From contig NZ_AP025314.1 in NCBI RefSeq assembly GCF_036492835.1, positions 2,210,010-2,274,009 of the forward strand: 64,000 bases of DNA. Direction: 5' to 3'. The notes below the pieces were generated by a model, which was not told the DNA's origin, did no database searches, and worked only from the letters and a program-made list of their open reading frames with translations. Below are positions 20,084 to 30,299 of this stretch, piece by piece (the stretch's first letter is position 1; each line of letters starts with the position of its first letter). Both the position numbers and the translations under genes were made by a program. This DNA comes from Fulvitalea axinellae. Its GTDB lineage: Bacteria > Bacteroidota > Bacteroidia > Cytophagales > Cyclobacteriaceae.

Positions 20084-20749
20084 ATGAAAAAGATCTTCGC
20101 TTCACTCGTAGTTATGATTGTTTTGGTGGCGAGCTCATTCGCTCAGACTGAAGGTTCGAAATACCACCAAGCGATGTCTGGGGCTTTGGCTCAAATTGGT
20201 AAATGTAAAACGGCCACTGATTTTATGAACGTTTCCAACACTTTCGAACGGATTTCCCAAGCGGAAAATAAGCGTTGGACTCCGGCTTATTATGCTATCT
20301 ACACAAAGGCTATTTCCAGTTTTGTGGAACAGGATGAAGATAAGCGGGAGCAGACTGTTGACGGAGCGCAAGAACTAATGAATGGGCTAAAAGAAAAGTA
20401 TCCGGATAATTCGGAAATAATGGCCTTGCAGGGTTTTCTATATCAGGCCAAACTTTCGATTAAACCGGCTTCAAGAGGAATGTTTTACGGCCCCAAAGCT
20501 GAGAGGGCGCTGGAGAAAGCGATTGAATTGGACGAAAATAACCCTAGAGCCCATTATTTATTGGGAAGAAACTTAAAAAATACTCCTGCGTTTTTCGGAG
20601 GAGGGAAAACCAAAGCTTTAAAAGAATTTAAACTAGCCGAAAGTGCTTATGAAAAGGAATCGGGTATTGAGCCAAATGTCCCTTTTGCTCCGCGATGGGG
20701 AAAAAGTCAGAATAAAAAAGAAATGGAAAAGATCACGGAAAAGCAATAA
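20084..20749 (+). CDS. Secreted TPR-like helical repeat protein (hypothetical)
   Basis: 221 aa with signal peptide MKKIFASLVVMIVLVASSFAQ. It has helical-repeat character (ALQGFLYQAKL, PRAHYLLGRNL). Confidence 0.6.
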   Translation: MKKIFASLVVMIVLVASSFAQTEGSKYHQAMSGALAQIGKCKTATDFMNVSNTFERISQAENKRWTPAYYAIYTKAISSFVEQDEDKREQTVDGAQELMNGLKEKYPDNSEIMALQGFLYQAKLSIKPASRGMFYGPKAERALEKAIELDENNPRAHYLLGRNLKNTPAFFGGGKTKALKEFKLAESAYEKESGIEPNVPFAPRWGKSQNKKEMEKITEKQ

Positions 20750-20804
20750 GCGATAAAATAACCGTCTTTTGATAGTTTAAATAAGGAGAAACTGATATTG
20801 TGAT

Positions 20805-21857
20805 ATGGGAAATAAAAGAGTAAAAGATGAATCGGAAAGTTTCGCCTTTAATCTGCGTGGAGTTTTAATTATCGTTGCGGTTATAAGTGCGTTTTCTTTG
20901 CCGTTCCATTCTTGGGATGAGGCGTTTAGGGTAGTAGTTTATAATTTCCTCACTAGTGTTTCGCTTTGGTTGGCAAACGGTTATCCATCATATTTTATTG
21001 ATAAAAGAATATCTTGGGTTGAGGAGCCGAGAAAGCGCCTTCTGACTGGCTTGGGTGCTTTCTTTATTTTCAATTTGATCGCCATTTTCGCAGTTAACTC
21101 ATTCGCTTATACAACACTGGATAATCGTGAATTTGATTTCGTGAAAATGATTACCACACCTTGGTTTCAAGGCGCTTCAGTTATCCAATTAGCTATTTCC
21201 TTTTTGGTTAGTGTCGTGATTCATACCCTTTCGTTTTGGAGGGAGTGGAAGTCTTCGGTGTTGGAAGTGGAGCGTTTGCGTGCCGAACGCATGACTCGTC
21301 AGTTTGAATCATTGAAAGATCAGCTCAATCCTCATTTTTTGTTTAATAGCCTTAACGCTTTAAGTTCCTTGGTTTATGAAAGTCCAGAACTGTCGGATAA
21401 ATTTATTCAAAGGCTATCTTCCATATACCGGTATTTATTGGATACTCAAGAAAGAGAGGTTGTTGATTTCTCTGAAGAAATCGAGTTTACCCGCTCTTAC
21501 GTTTTTCTTCAAAAGATTCGATTCGGTGATAATCTTAAGGTTGAAGAAGATTTAGGGATGAATACGGGTTGGATGATTCCGCCACTTTCGATACAGCTAT
21601 TGGTGGAAAACGCTATTAAACATAATCTTGTATCGAAGGAAAATCCTTTGACGATAAAAATTGAAACGAAAGACAATAGGTTATTCGTAAGCAATAATAT
21701 TCAGAGAAGGCCTAGTGGCAAAGAATCAACGGGAAAAGGATTGGATAATATTCGGCAAAGGTTTTTATTTTTGAGTGGCCGGCAGGTGGAAATTAGTGAC
21801 GATGGGACGGAGTTTACGGTTGGAGTACCTTTGTTGGAAATCGAATATAGCGAATGA
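20805..21857 (+). CDS. LytS/YehU-type sensor histidine kinase
   Basis: 350 aa. An N-terminal membrane segment is followed by the His_kinase signature LKDQLNPHFLFNSLNALSSLVYE and HATPase-like motifs (LLVENAIKHN, GKGLDNIRQR). Confidence 0.85.
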   Translation: MGNKRVKDESESFAFNLRGVLIIVAVISAFSLPFHSWDEAFRVVVYNFLTSVSLWLANGYPSYFIDKRISWVEEPRKRLLTGLGAFFIFNLIAIFAVNSFAYTTLDNREFDFVKMITTPWFQGASVIQLAISFLVSVVIHTLSFWREWKSSVLEVERLRAERMTRQFESLKDQLNPHFLFNSLNALSSLVYESPELSDKFIQRLSSIYRYLLDTQEREVVDFSEEIEFTRSYVFLQKIRFGDNLKVEEDLGMNTGWMIPPLSIQLLVENAIKHNLVSKENPLTIKIETKDNRLFVSNNIQRRPSGKESTGKGLDNIRQRFLFLSGRQVEISDDGTEFTVGVPLLEIEYSE

Positions 21858-22627
21858 AAATACTGATTGTAGAAGACGAACCTATCGCCGCCAATAAATT
21901 GGAAAGAATGGTTCGGGCTAAAGAGCCGGAAGTTGTGGTTTTGGATAAACTTGATACGGTTAGTTCGGCGGTTGATTTTTTCAAAACCGGGAAGGAATCT
22001 CCCGATCTTGTATTTATGGATGTCCGTCTGGCTGACGGTCTTAGTTTCGATATTTTTGATCAGGTGGAAGTCGATTATCCCATTGTATTCACTACCGCTT
22101 ACGACGATTACGCATTACCGGCTTTTAAAGTTAATAGCGTTGATTATTTACTAAAACCCATAAACGAAGAAGCTTTGGGTATGGCTTTGGAAAAATATAA
22201 AAAACGTCATGCCATAACGGAGAAAATAGGATTGGAGGAAATAGATGCTTTAAGAAGCGTAATGTCGGAACGGCGGAACAAAAAGAAATACAAAGAGCGT
22301 TTTGTGGTAAGGGCAGGAGAGAAGCTGAGGTCCGTTAGGGCGGATAACGCGGTTTGTTTTTACAGCGAAAGCCGAGTGACTTTTTTGCGTGATAGTGAAG
22401 GCCGGAACCATGTTGTAGATTATACTTTGGAGCAGGTTGAGAATGCTGTTGATCCTGATCTGTTTTTTCGGGTAAACCGTAAATTTCTGGTTGGGATTGA
22501 CGGTATTGGGGAGGTCGTTTTTTATTCCAATAGTAGATTGCGAATAATGTTGGACGGGTTTGAACAGGCGGAAGTGATTGTGAGCCGAGAGCGGGTTTCT
22601 GATTTTAAGGAATGGTTCGGTCAATAA
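21854..22627 (+). CDS. LytTR-family response regulator (REC plus LytTR DNA-binding domain)
   Basis: 257 aa. MKILIVEDEP...DLVFMDVRLADG is a receiver domain, and the C-terminal LytTR fold is present (FVVRAGEKLRSVRADNAVCFYSE). It overlaps the histidine-kinase stop by 4 nt. Confidence 0.9.
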   Translation: MKILIVEDEPIAANKLERMVRAKEPEVVVLDKLDTVSSAVDFFKTGKESPDLVFMDVRLADGLSFDIFDQVEVDYPIVFTTAYDDYALPAFKVNSVDYLLKPINEEALGMALEKYKKRHAITEKIGLEEIDALRSVMSERRNKKKYKERFVVRAGEKLRSVRADNAVCFYSESRVTFLRDSEGRNHVVDYTLEQVENAVDPDLFFRVNRKFLVGIDGIGEVVFYSNSRLRIMLDGFEQAEVIVSRERVSDFKEWFGQ

Positions 22628-22649
22628 AAAATAGAGTTTTTTGAAAACG

Positions 22650-22690
22650 AAAGAGGCTTTCCCATTTACGGGAAAGCCTCAATTTTTTTA
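22650..22690. terminator. Bidirectional terminator between the LytTR regulator and the tricorn protease gene
   Basis: aagaggctttccc-attta-cgggaaagcctc followed by aattttttt. Confidence 0.55.
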
Positions 22691-22703
22691 AGAACGAGAA
22701 AGG

Positions 22704-25700
22704 TTATTTCAATAACTCTTTAACCGCTCTTTCCAATTGGGCGTCTGTTCCCGTTGAGTAACTGTCAGGTGCGTTTTCGACAATAATGTCCGGAACGGCC
22801 GGGCCGTTTTCTTGATTAATGTCTGTTGCTTTGGTGTACCAAGCTCTGAAAGGCATTCTAAGCAAAGCGCCGTCGATCAGGGACATTCCTCCTGTGGAAA
22901 TAACCGCACCGAAAGTCGGTTGGCCCACGAGTTTTCCGATGCCTAAATGCTTATAAGCATGCGAGAAAATTTCCGCATTCGAATAACTCTTTTCGTTACA
23001 AAGCGCAATCGAAGGTTTTGTCCAGGCGGCGAAAGGAAGGCGTTCGCCGTACGGATAGTTATTGGCGAATTGCTTGTGGTTTTTCAGGTCCGGAGTGGCG
23101 CCACGCGGAATGGTGTATGCGTGTTGGCGTACGCTGAGTACGGTCATCAGATAGTCGGTGATCCAGCCGCCGCCGTTGTTCCGCACGTCGATTACTACGG
23201 CCTCTTTGCCTTGGGTTGCGGCGGTGAGGTCGCGCTCAAAGGCTTCGAAGCTTGTCCAGCTCATCTGCCTGATGTGGAGGTAACCAAGCTTTCCGCCCGA
23301 GTACTTGTCGGTCAGACGGCGTTTTTCTTCCACCCATTCGTTATAGATGGCGTTGCCAAGGCTGGAAGTCGGCCTGATGATGATGTCGGTCTTTTTGCCC
23401 TTTCTGTTTACGCTCAGTTGGATACGGTCGTTAGCCTTGTAGCCGTTCAGGATCTGGTAAATATTATCTTCGCCAATCGGCATTCCGTCGATCGCTACTA
23501 TTTTGTCACCGACTTCAAGCTTACTTTGTTTGCGGTCGGCAGGCGTGTTCGGAATTACGTGCGTTACGGTATTCGAAGCGTTGAGCGCTGCGCCAAGTTT
23601 CGGAGTCCGCTCGTTGTTCAGGTGCTTTTTATCCGATGCGTACATGCCCATATGGCTGGCGTTCAGCTGGCCGAGCATCAAGTTAAACACGTAGCGGAAA
23701 TCCGCCGAAGTGGAGGCGTTGATGGCCAACGGCTTGTATTGTTCCTTAAGCGTCGCCCAATCATATCCGTGCATTTTCGGATCGTAAAAGCCGGTGGCTA
23801 TCGCTTGCCAAGCTTCCTCGAACATCTGGTCCCGTTCGGCTTTTTTGTCATGCTTCATCCTTGCGGTGGTAGACATGCCGGTGCCTTTTCCAGCCGTAGA
23901 CATCTTCTTCAAAGATCCGTTTTCCAGCAAATAGAGGCTTTTGCCGTCTTTGGCCAATGACATTCCGTATGCGTAGCCGTTGAGCTTCGCTAGATTCTTG
24001 TTTTCGGACTTGTCCCACTTAACAGAGTTGAAGGTTGTCTTGCCGTTGTTTCTTGCCAAAAAGTAAATCGTTTGGCTTTTTGAACCGAAAACAGGGCTGG
24101 TTTCGTCACCAGGAGCATTGGTCAGCTGTACCAAACGTTTGTAGAGCCCGTCGGTATCCACTTTGGTAAGCTTCTCTTCCTTTTCCTCTTTTTTATCTTT
24201 TTTCTTCTTCTTTTTCTTAGAGTCTTTTGCTGGCGCCACCGGTTTTTTAGGAGCGTCTTTTTTATGCTCCAACTCGTATTCTATATCCTGTTTGGTTTTG
24301 TCCCAATCTTCTTTGGTTAGCCAAACCATCCACACGTCGTTGTCGCCGTTATTACGGTTTGAAATAAACGCGATTTTCTTGCCGTCAGGGCTCCATCTCG
24401 GCGAGTAATCGCTACGCGGGTGCATACTTACGTTTACCGGCTCTTGGCTTTTGTCTATCGGCATTACGTATACCTCATTGTTGAAGTCGAGGTCTTCCGA
24501 TGCGTAAGTGATCCAGTTGCCGTCCGGGCTCCAGTTTACGTATTCTGGAGCGTTCCAGCCTTCGAGCAACACTTTTTCACCGGAGAGTTTCTTTCCGGCT
24601 TCAATGTTTGCGATATGTGTCGCTTTCGAACCGTCAGGCTTAGTTTCCGAGTAGATAATCTTTTTGCGATCCGGTGAAAGGTTCGGATTGTCGAAATTAC
24701 CTCCGTCTGGAGTGATTTTGAGATATTCGAAAGCCAAAGCCCTATGCAAAAGACCTTCTTGATCCTTGGCCGCCGTCACTTGATAAATCTGTTTTTCGCC
24801 GTCGCGATCAGAGACGAATAGAAGCGTGGAATCGTTGAGCCACACGGGCGAGTCGTCGCGGAAAGCGTGTTTTGAGACATTCACAGCCGTCGGTTTTTTG
24901 CTGTCGGCTTCCCTGATAAACACTTCGCCACGGCTGACGGTGGCTATGTATTTCCCGTTCGGTGATGTTGCGTAGTCCTTGACTTGGTTGCGAATCGTAA
25001 GGAAACTGTAAGGATCTTCGCGATAATCGGCTGGGAAATCAAGGTCCATTTTCACTGGGCTTCCGGCCGGGAGGTCAAGCGTATAAGCTTCGTCGGCGCG
25101 GGTAAGGGCTACGGTTTTGCCGTCGGCGCTCACGTCAAAGCCCCTGATTCCGAATCCTTCAAAACCGGTAATCGCTTCGGGTGATCCTTTGGCTTTACCG
25201 TTGGCGTCTATAGTCAAGCGATGGATATTGTATCGACCCGTTCTGGCGCTGAGGAAGAGAACGGCGTCATCTCCCGCCCAAACGGGAGAGAAGTCATTGC
25301 CCAAATGTTTTGTCAGGCGTTGAGCGCTTTGGTTCTCGTTGTCGTAAATCCATACGTCAAGGTTAGCTGGTCCACGGTAATCTTCCCTTGATGTGCGGCA
25401 ATAGCCTTTTGTGAATACCACAAAACGTCCGCTTGGCGAGGTGCTGGGTTGCGAGCCGTTTACTTTGAAAGCCCGTTCCGGTGAACCGCCCGTGGCCGGA
25501 ACGGTGTAAATCGAAGGTTCTTTTTCGTTGCCGATAAAATGGCGCGAAGAGCTGAAAAGCAGATTTCCGTCTTCGGTCCAGTCAGAGACGGCGTCGTAAG
25601 CGTCGTAAAAAGTCACTCTGCTGGACGTTCCGCCGTTGGCCGGAATCGTGAAGATGTCGCCGTTGCCGTGTCTCGACCCGCTGAATGCTATTGCCGACCC

Positions 25701-25928
25701 GTCCGGGCTCCAAACAGGCCCGCTTTCCGTTCCTTCGTGTATGGTGAGCCTTCGGGCTCCGGAGCCGTCTTTCGAGGCTGTCCAGATATCGCCTTGGTAG
25801 GCGAAAGCGATTTTTTTCCCGTCGGGTGAGGGGGAAATGTCACGTACAAGCTTTTGCGCTTGTGAGTTTAGGGCAAGGCCAGCACTCAAGAGGAGCAAGC
25901 CTGTCTTTTTATAAATCTTTCCTAGCAT
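22704..25928 (-). CDS. Tricorn-protease-like peptidase S41 (beta-propeller/TolB-like repeats plus PDZ plus S41 domain)
   Basis: 1074 aa with a signal peptide. It has repeated SPDG/WSPDG propeller motifs, a PDZ-like segment (GDKIVAIDGMPIG) and an S41 core (EAVVIDVRNNGGGWITDYL). An internal low-complexity KKKKKKKDKKEEKEEK insert is present. Confidence 0.85.
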   Translation of the reverse strand: MLGKIYKKTGLLLLSAGLALNSQAQKLVRDISPSPDGKKIAFAYQGDIWTASKDGSGARRLTIHEGTESGPVWSPDGSAIAFSGSRHGNGDIFTIPANGGTSSRVTFYDAYDAVSDWTEDGNLLFSSSRHFIGNEKEPSIYTVPATGGSPERAFKVNGSQPSTSPSGRFVVFTKGYCRTSREDYRGPANLDVWIYDNENQSAQRLTKHLGNDFSPVWAGDDAVLFLSARTGRYNIHRLTIDANGKAKGSPEAITGFEGFGIRGFDVSADGKTVALTRADEAYTLDLPAGSPVKMDLDFPADYREDPYSFLTIRNQVKDYATSPNGKYIATVSRGEVFIREADSKKPTAVNVSKHAFRDDSPVWLNDSTLLFVSDRDGEKQIYQVTAAKDQEGLLHRALAFEYLKITPDGGNFDNPNLSPDRKKIIYSETKPDGSKATHIANIEAGKKLSGEKVLLEGWNAPEYVNWSPDGNWITYASEDLDFNNEVYVMPIDKSQEPVNVSMHPRSDYSPRWSPDGKKIAFISNRNNGDNDVWMVWLTKEDWDKTKQDIEYELEHKKDAPKKPVAPAKDSKKKKKKKDKKEEKEEKLTKVDTDGLYKRLVQLTNAPGDETSPVFGSKSQTIYFLARNNGKTTFNSVKWDKSENKNLAKLNGYAYGMSLAKDGKSLYLLENGSLKKMSTAGKGTGMSTTARMKHDKKAERDQMFEEAWQAIATGFYDPKMHGYDWATLKEQYKPLAINASTSADFRYVFNLMLGQLNASHMGMYASDKKHLNNERTPKLGAALNASNTVTHVIPNTPADRKQSKLEVGDKIVAIDGMPIGEDNIYQILNGYKANDRIQLSVNRKGKKTDIIIRPTSSLGNAIYNEWVEEKRRLTDKYSGGKLGYLHIRQMSWTSFEAFERDLTAATQGKEAVVIDVRNNGGGWITDYLMTVLSVRQHAYTIPRGATPDLKNHKQFANNYPYGERLPFAAWTKPSIALCNEKSYSNAEIFSHAYKHLGIGKLVGQPTFGAVISTGGMSLIDGALLRMPFRAWYTKATDINQENGPAVPDIIVENAPDSYSTGTDAQLERAVKELLK

Positions 25929-26205
25929 AAGGTTGAGAGTGGTCGGGCCAAGTGATTTTTAGATAAAAGCGGTATTGTTTCGCCTTTTCCAAAAACGTAG
26001 CGCATGGTACGCTGAGCCCATTTTTCCATGTTTGGTTTCCACCGAATATATAATAATAAACTGAATTGATTCTGAAGCCGAATGTATGAGCGGTGCGAAT
26101 AGCTGTTGTTTGGTAACGAAAGAATAATTTTTCACTGTGGTAAGTTGTATTGATAATCTACATATTTACGGAAGGTTTAAGAGTTTTTGTATAAACATAT
26201 TTGTA

Positions 26206-27867
26206 ATGTCAAATCGATTTGTAAAGAATTGGCGCAAGCTTTTGTACGTTCCGCTTTTTTTGTTTGCGGTTGACGGATTGGCGCAGAAAAAGAAACCGAA
26301 ATTGGTTGTCGGGATTGTTGTGGACCAAATGAGGCAAGAGTTCCTCGACAGGTTTAAGGACGATTTCGGAAAGGAGGGTTTTAACCGGATGCTAGCGGAA
26401 GGGTTTGAACTGAAAAACGCCCATTATAACTATTTGCCGACTACCACAGGCCCGGGCCACGCTTCGGTGTTCACTGGCACAACGCCTGCTTTTCACGGAA
26501 TAGTCTATAATAATTGGTATAGCAGAAAAGCGGAGTCAAAGCTGTATTGTGTGGAAGACAGTGGCGTAAGTATGGTAGGCGCAACGGGAGAGTCGGGTAA
26601 GCGGTCGCCCAAAAACCTAGTGACTACCACAGTCACCGATGAGTTGAAAATAGCGACTCAATTTCGTTCAAAGGTTGTGAGTGTATCGGTGAAGGACAGG
26701 AGTGCCATACTTGGTGGCGGGCATAACCCGGACGGCGCTTATTGGTATGATGGCAAGAGCGGTAATTTTGTGACCAGTACTTATTACGGTCAAGAATTGC
26801 CGGCATGGGTGAATGAATTTAACGGCCGGAAGCTACCGAAAATGTACGCTAAAAAGGAGTGGAAACCCATCCTTCCGATGTCGGCATATAATGAAAGCCG
26901 TCAGGACGGAGCGGAGTACGAACAAGGCCTCCACGGGACGGAATTTCCTTACAAGGCGTCGCATATGCACGGCAAAAAGGGAAACCGGATTACGGACACT
27001 CCGTACGGCAACGATCTGTTGACCGAGATGGCGATGGCCTCCGTTTTGGGAGAGAAATTGGGAAAAGGGAATGAAACCGACTTTTTGGCGATCAGTTATT
27101 CCTCCACCGACAAAATCGGCCATGCTTATGGGCCGGCTTCAGTCGAAATCCAAGATACGTATATTAGGCTTGACCGGAATATAGCGGAGCTCTTGTCGTT
27201 TTTGGATAAACAAGTGGGGCAAGGCGAATACGTGGTCTTTTTAACCGCTGACCATGCGGCTTCCGAGGCGCCGGGTTATTTGGAAGAGCATAAAATGCCG
27301 GGCGGATATTTTGACCAAAATGGAATGGAAGAGGCATTGGAAAGCTTTCTTTCCCAGAAATATGGCGCCGGTAAATGGTTGGATTACGTCGATTTCTTTC
27401 AGCTGTATTTCAATCCCGAAACGTTGGAAAAGCACGGGCTTGATCGCAGAAATGTTAGCCGGGTAGTAGCCGATTGGTTATTGGACTGGGAAGGCGTCGC
27501 CAGAACTTTCACAGCCAAAGAGGCGAATTTGGCGGACTATAACGGCGGAGGTTATAAAGGCATGCTTTCCAGAGGGTTTTATCCGAAACGTTCAGGGGAT
27601 GTTTTTTATCTGATGAATTCGGGATGGTTGGTTAGAGACAGCGGAAAAGGCACTTCTCACGGAGCAATTTACGCTTATGATACTCACGTGCCGATCTTGT
27701 GGTTTGGAGCTGATATTCCCCATGGCTCTTCCGTAAAATACCACCGTATTACGGACGTGGCGCCGACAGTGTCGCTTATGTTGGGAATAAAATTGCCAAG
27801 CGGAAGCACAGGCGAGCCGATTTCGGAGATCTTGGAAGAAGACAAAACTGGTGGGGCAGTGAAGTGA
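26206..27867 (+). CDS. Alkaline phosphatase / nucleotide pyrophosphatase-phosphodiesterase family protein (PafA-like)
   Basis: The ORF starts at 26137, but the likely start is MSNRFVKNWRKLLYVPLFLFAVDGLAQ (signal peptide) at 26206. It has AlkP-superfamily motifs: GIVVDQMRQEF, TTTGPGHASVFTGTTPAFHGIV, DRSAILGGGHNP, LTADHA. Confidence 0.85.
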   Translation: MSNRFVKNWRKLLYVPLFLFAVDGLAQKKKPKLVVGIVVDQMRQEFLDRFKDDFGKEGFNRMLAEGFELKNAHYNYLPTTTGPGHASVFTGTTPAFHGIVYNNWYSRKAESKLYCVEDSGVSMVGATGESGKRSPKNLVTTTVTDELKIATQFRSKVVSVSVKDRSAILGGGHNPDGAYWYDGKSGNFVTSTYYGQELPAWVNEFNGRKLPKMYAKKEWKPILPMSAYNESRQDGAEYEQGLHGTEFPYKASHMHGKKGNRITDTPYGNDLLTEMAMASVLGEKLGKGNETDFLAISYSSTDKIGHAYGPASVEIQDTYIRLDRNIAELLSFLDKQVGQGEYVVFLTADHAASEAPGYLEEHKMPGGYFDQNGMEEALESFLSQKYGAGKWLDYVDFFQLYFNPETLEKHGLDRRNVSRVVADWLLDWEGVARTFTAKEANLADYNGGGYKGMLSRGFYPKRSGDVFYLMNSGWLVRDSGKGTSHGAIYAYDTHVPILWFGADIPHGSSVKYHRITDVAPTVSLMLGIKLPSGSTGEPISEILEEDKTGGAVK

Positions 27868-27967
27868 GTTTGGATTGAAAAAAATGAAAATGGACTTTAG
27901 GCATAAGGACCAAGAGTTTGTTTTTAGAAAGATAAAGGAACGGGAGCCGGTTTCGGTGTCCCGTTTT

Positions 27968-29299
27968 TTATGCGTTGATATTTATGTCGCTATTGATTCC
28001 TTGACGGATACCGATATTCGGAGATTTTCCGTTAAGAGCCAGGATATAACGGAACGATTCCATAGCGAACGAAGGCCAGCGACGTAACGGAAGCTTATTG
28101 CCTTGCGCTCCCCGGAATTCGAATATTCCGGCATCGAGGTCGGAATGTCTGCCTACTTTTTCTGTCTTTTTGCCCAAATAGCCCATCGAGGTATCACCCG
28201 GCAAGCCTACTAATCTGTCTTTTCCAAACGGAATATCCCTTATCCATTCCAACCTGCTGAGCGGAAACTCTTCGGCGCTAGGGTGATCGGAATAAATGTC
28301 TTTTTGGATACCTCTTTCTATTACGGATTCGAACGGGTCATACTCTTTGTATCCTCCACAAGCGTTGATGACAATATCCAGCCATTGTTGTGGGTTATTA
28401 CGGAACCTTATGGCTTCATCTTCGGGAAGTAGCTCGAACAATCTGCCGAAATCAGTACGGGCCATCAGCGTATCGGCGATGATTTTTGGGTATTCTACGG
28501 CTAAGTTCGCTTTGGTAAGGTCATCGTAAGTGTGGTACGGTTCGGCGAGCATTCCAAGTTGTCCCCGGCCGGCGATCAGGTAACTGGCCATCATAGTCAA
28601 AAGCCCGTGTAACTCCGGGCTATATTCCGCCCTGTCAAGATTTCGCATTACGGTAGCGCCGACTCGGGCCATATAGACGAGTGTGCTTTGGAGTTCTTTT
28701 GGCGCTTCGGATGAAGAGGGGGAGAGCAGAAACGGTATCATGGAAAGGTCAAGCCCCGAAGTGATTTGTGGTCCGCCTTCTAAGTCGGAATCTCCCGGAA
28801 ATATTACAAACTCATGATCTTCCGGGATTCCAGTTACAGCGTCCAGATGGAAGGATCGTTTACCGGAGTGGACCAGTAGTTTTTCTCCATAAACTTGAAT
28901 CTCACTCATTATTCTTTGCAACTCCATCATCCCTTCCACGCTTTCGTCCAATGGAGGATAAATGATGAATTCCAACTCCGAACCGCCCATATACGCCCGG
29001 TCGGCTTCTACCTTGAATCCGTTGTGGTTTTGCCTGCCTACTTTCTCCCTTTTGTTGAGGACGTGTCGTCTTATTTGGCCTCCTCTTTTTCCGGCGGACA
29101 TGACCTCTTGCCTTACCACTTGCCAACCCGTTTCGAATTCAAAGCCTACGGCGCATTGTATTGGCAAGTTAGATAGACTAGGGGGAGGGGGCTTCGATAT
29201 TCCGCCTCTGTTAGTGCCATCGTCTTTGCGTTGAACTGTTTCTTTCCGGTTGTCGAGTACTCTCATAACGGTCTTTGGCCCTTGGGATTCTTTGGGCAA
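27968..29299 (-). CDS. Hypothetical cytoplasmic protein
   Basis: 443 aa with no signal peptide and no recognisable motifs; an alternative start MRVLDN is 11 codons in. Codon usage is consistent with neighbouring genes. Confidence 0.5.
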   Translation of the reverse strand: MPKESQGPKTVMRVLDNRKETVQRKDDGTNRGGISKPPPPSLSNLPIQCAVGFEFETGWQVVRQEVMSAGKRGGQIRRHVLNKREKVGRQNHNGFKVEADRAYMGGSELEFIIYPPLDESVEGMMELQRIMSEIQVYGEKLLVHSGKRSFHLDAVTGIPEDHEFVIFPGDSDLEGGPQITSGLDLSMIPFLLSPSSSEAPKELQSTLVYMARVGATVMRNLDRAEYSPELHGLLTMMASYLIAGRGQLGMLAEPYHTYDDLTKANLAVEYPKIIADTLMARTDFGRLFELLPEDEAIRFRNNPQQWLDIVINACGGYKEYDPFESVIERGIQKDIYSDHPSAEEFPLSRLEWIRDIPFGKDRLVGLPGDTSMGYLGKKTEKVGRHSDLDAGIFEFRGAQGNKLPLRRWPSFAMESFRYILALNGKSPNIGIRQGINSDININA

Positions 29300-29585
29300 A
29301 TTTTGTGCGAATTGAGGAATTCGGTTGAATCCTGTTTCAATGAAGGTTTGGTGACCGTGAAAATTTTAATGCGAAAAGTAGCGTAAGGACGGGAGTGTAA
29401 CGGATAGTTGAAATTCCGTTTTTCGCTTAAAGGGTTCGGAAACGGAGAGTTTGAGATTGAATTTCACATGAACGGAACGGTTCATAAATTCTTGTTATAG
29501 GCTGTGTTTTTATTTGAGTGGTATTGTAATTATTTCATAAAAGATTAGTTTTGAGTTAAGAACTTTTTGATCGGAACATAAGCTT

Positions 29586-30239
29586 TTGTGTATGAAGGAA
29601 TTAATGTTTTTGGCTTTGTCTGGCCCAAATTTAATAGCGACGAGTTTGCTGGTTTTTGTGCTGGTATATGGTCTGGTCGCAATGTTGGGCTTGGTAGAGA
29701 TGGATTCCGTTGATATTGATTTTGATGTGGACGCCGATGCTGATGTCGATGTTGACGTCGACTCCGATGTGTCAACCGGAGGCGGAGGAATGCACGGCTT
29801 TTTGTCCTTTTTCAATTTGGGACGTTTTCCGCTTATGATTTATCTGTCGGTTTTGGCCCTGCCGTTTTGGGTGCTGTCAATTTTGATGACGGCCACATTG
29901 GCGGACCTCTCTTTGCCGATGTGGATAGGATATCTGGGCTTATTGCCTATACTGTTGATTTCAATGTTTATCGCCAAATTCCTTTCTACGCCTATCGCCA
30001 AGCTTTGGTATAAACTGGACGGGCATGAAGAGGTGACAATGGAAGGCCAAGTGTGCCATCTGTTATACAAGGCCGATTCCGAATCTCTGAGTCAGGCTGA
30101 GGTGGAATGGAGCGGGGACAAATTGCGTGTAAACGTAAAGGCTATGGATGGAAAAATTCTGAAAGAAGGAGCCAAGGCGGTAATTGTTTCGAAGGCGAAA
30201 GAAGCCGACTATTATTTGATTGACGAATTTTCTTTATAA
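29586..30239 (+). CDS. YqiJ/NfeD-like membrane protein (DUF1449-type) with acidic DV-repeat linker
   Basis: 217 aa. It has an N-terminal TM helix, an acidic tract (DSVDIDFDVDADADVDVDVDSDVSTGGGG), two more TM helices and a C-terminal OB/beta-barrel-like region. A flotillin gene lies two genes downstream. Confidence 0.7.
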   Translation: MCMKELMFLALSGPNLIATSLLVFVLVYGLVAMLGLVEMDSVDIDFDVDADADVDVDVDSDVSTGGGGMHGFLSFFNLGRFPLMIYLSVLALPFWVLSILMTATLADLSLPMWIGYLGLLPILLISMFIAKFLSTPIAKLWYKLDGHEEVTMEGQVCHLLYKADSESLSQAEVEWSGDKLRVNVKAMDGKILKEGAKAVIVSKAKEADYYLIDEFSL

Positions 30240-30299
30240 ACCTAAGTGCCGGGGAACCGTGGGGAATGGATTTTTTCTTATTCTAAAAAATACGAAAGG

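Noticed and set aside
22947-23960. 337-aa + strand ORF inside the tricorn protease gene
   Set aside because: It overlaps the well-supported S41/propeller CDS on the minus strand and has an Arg/Val-rich shadow composition.
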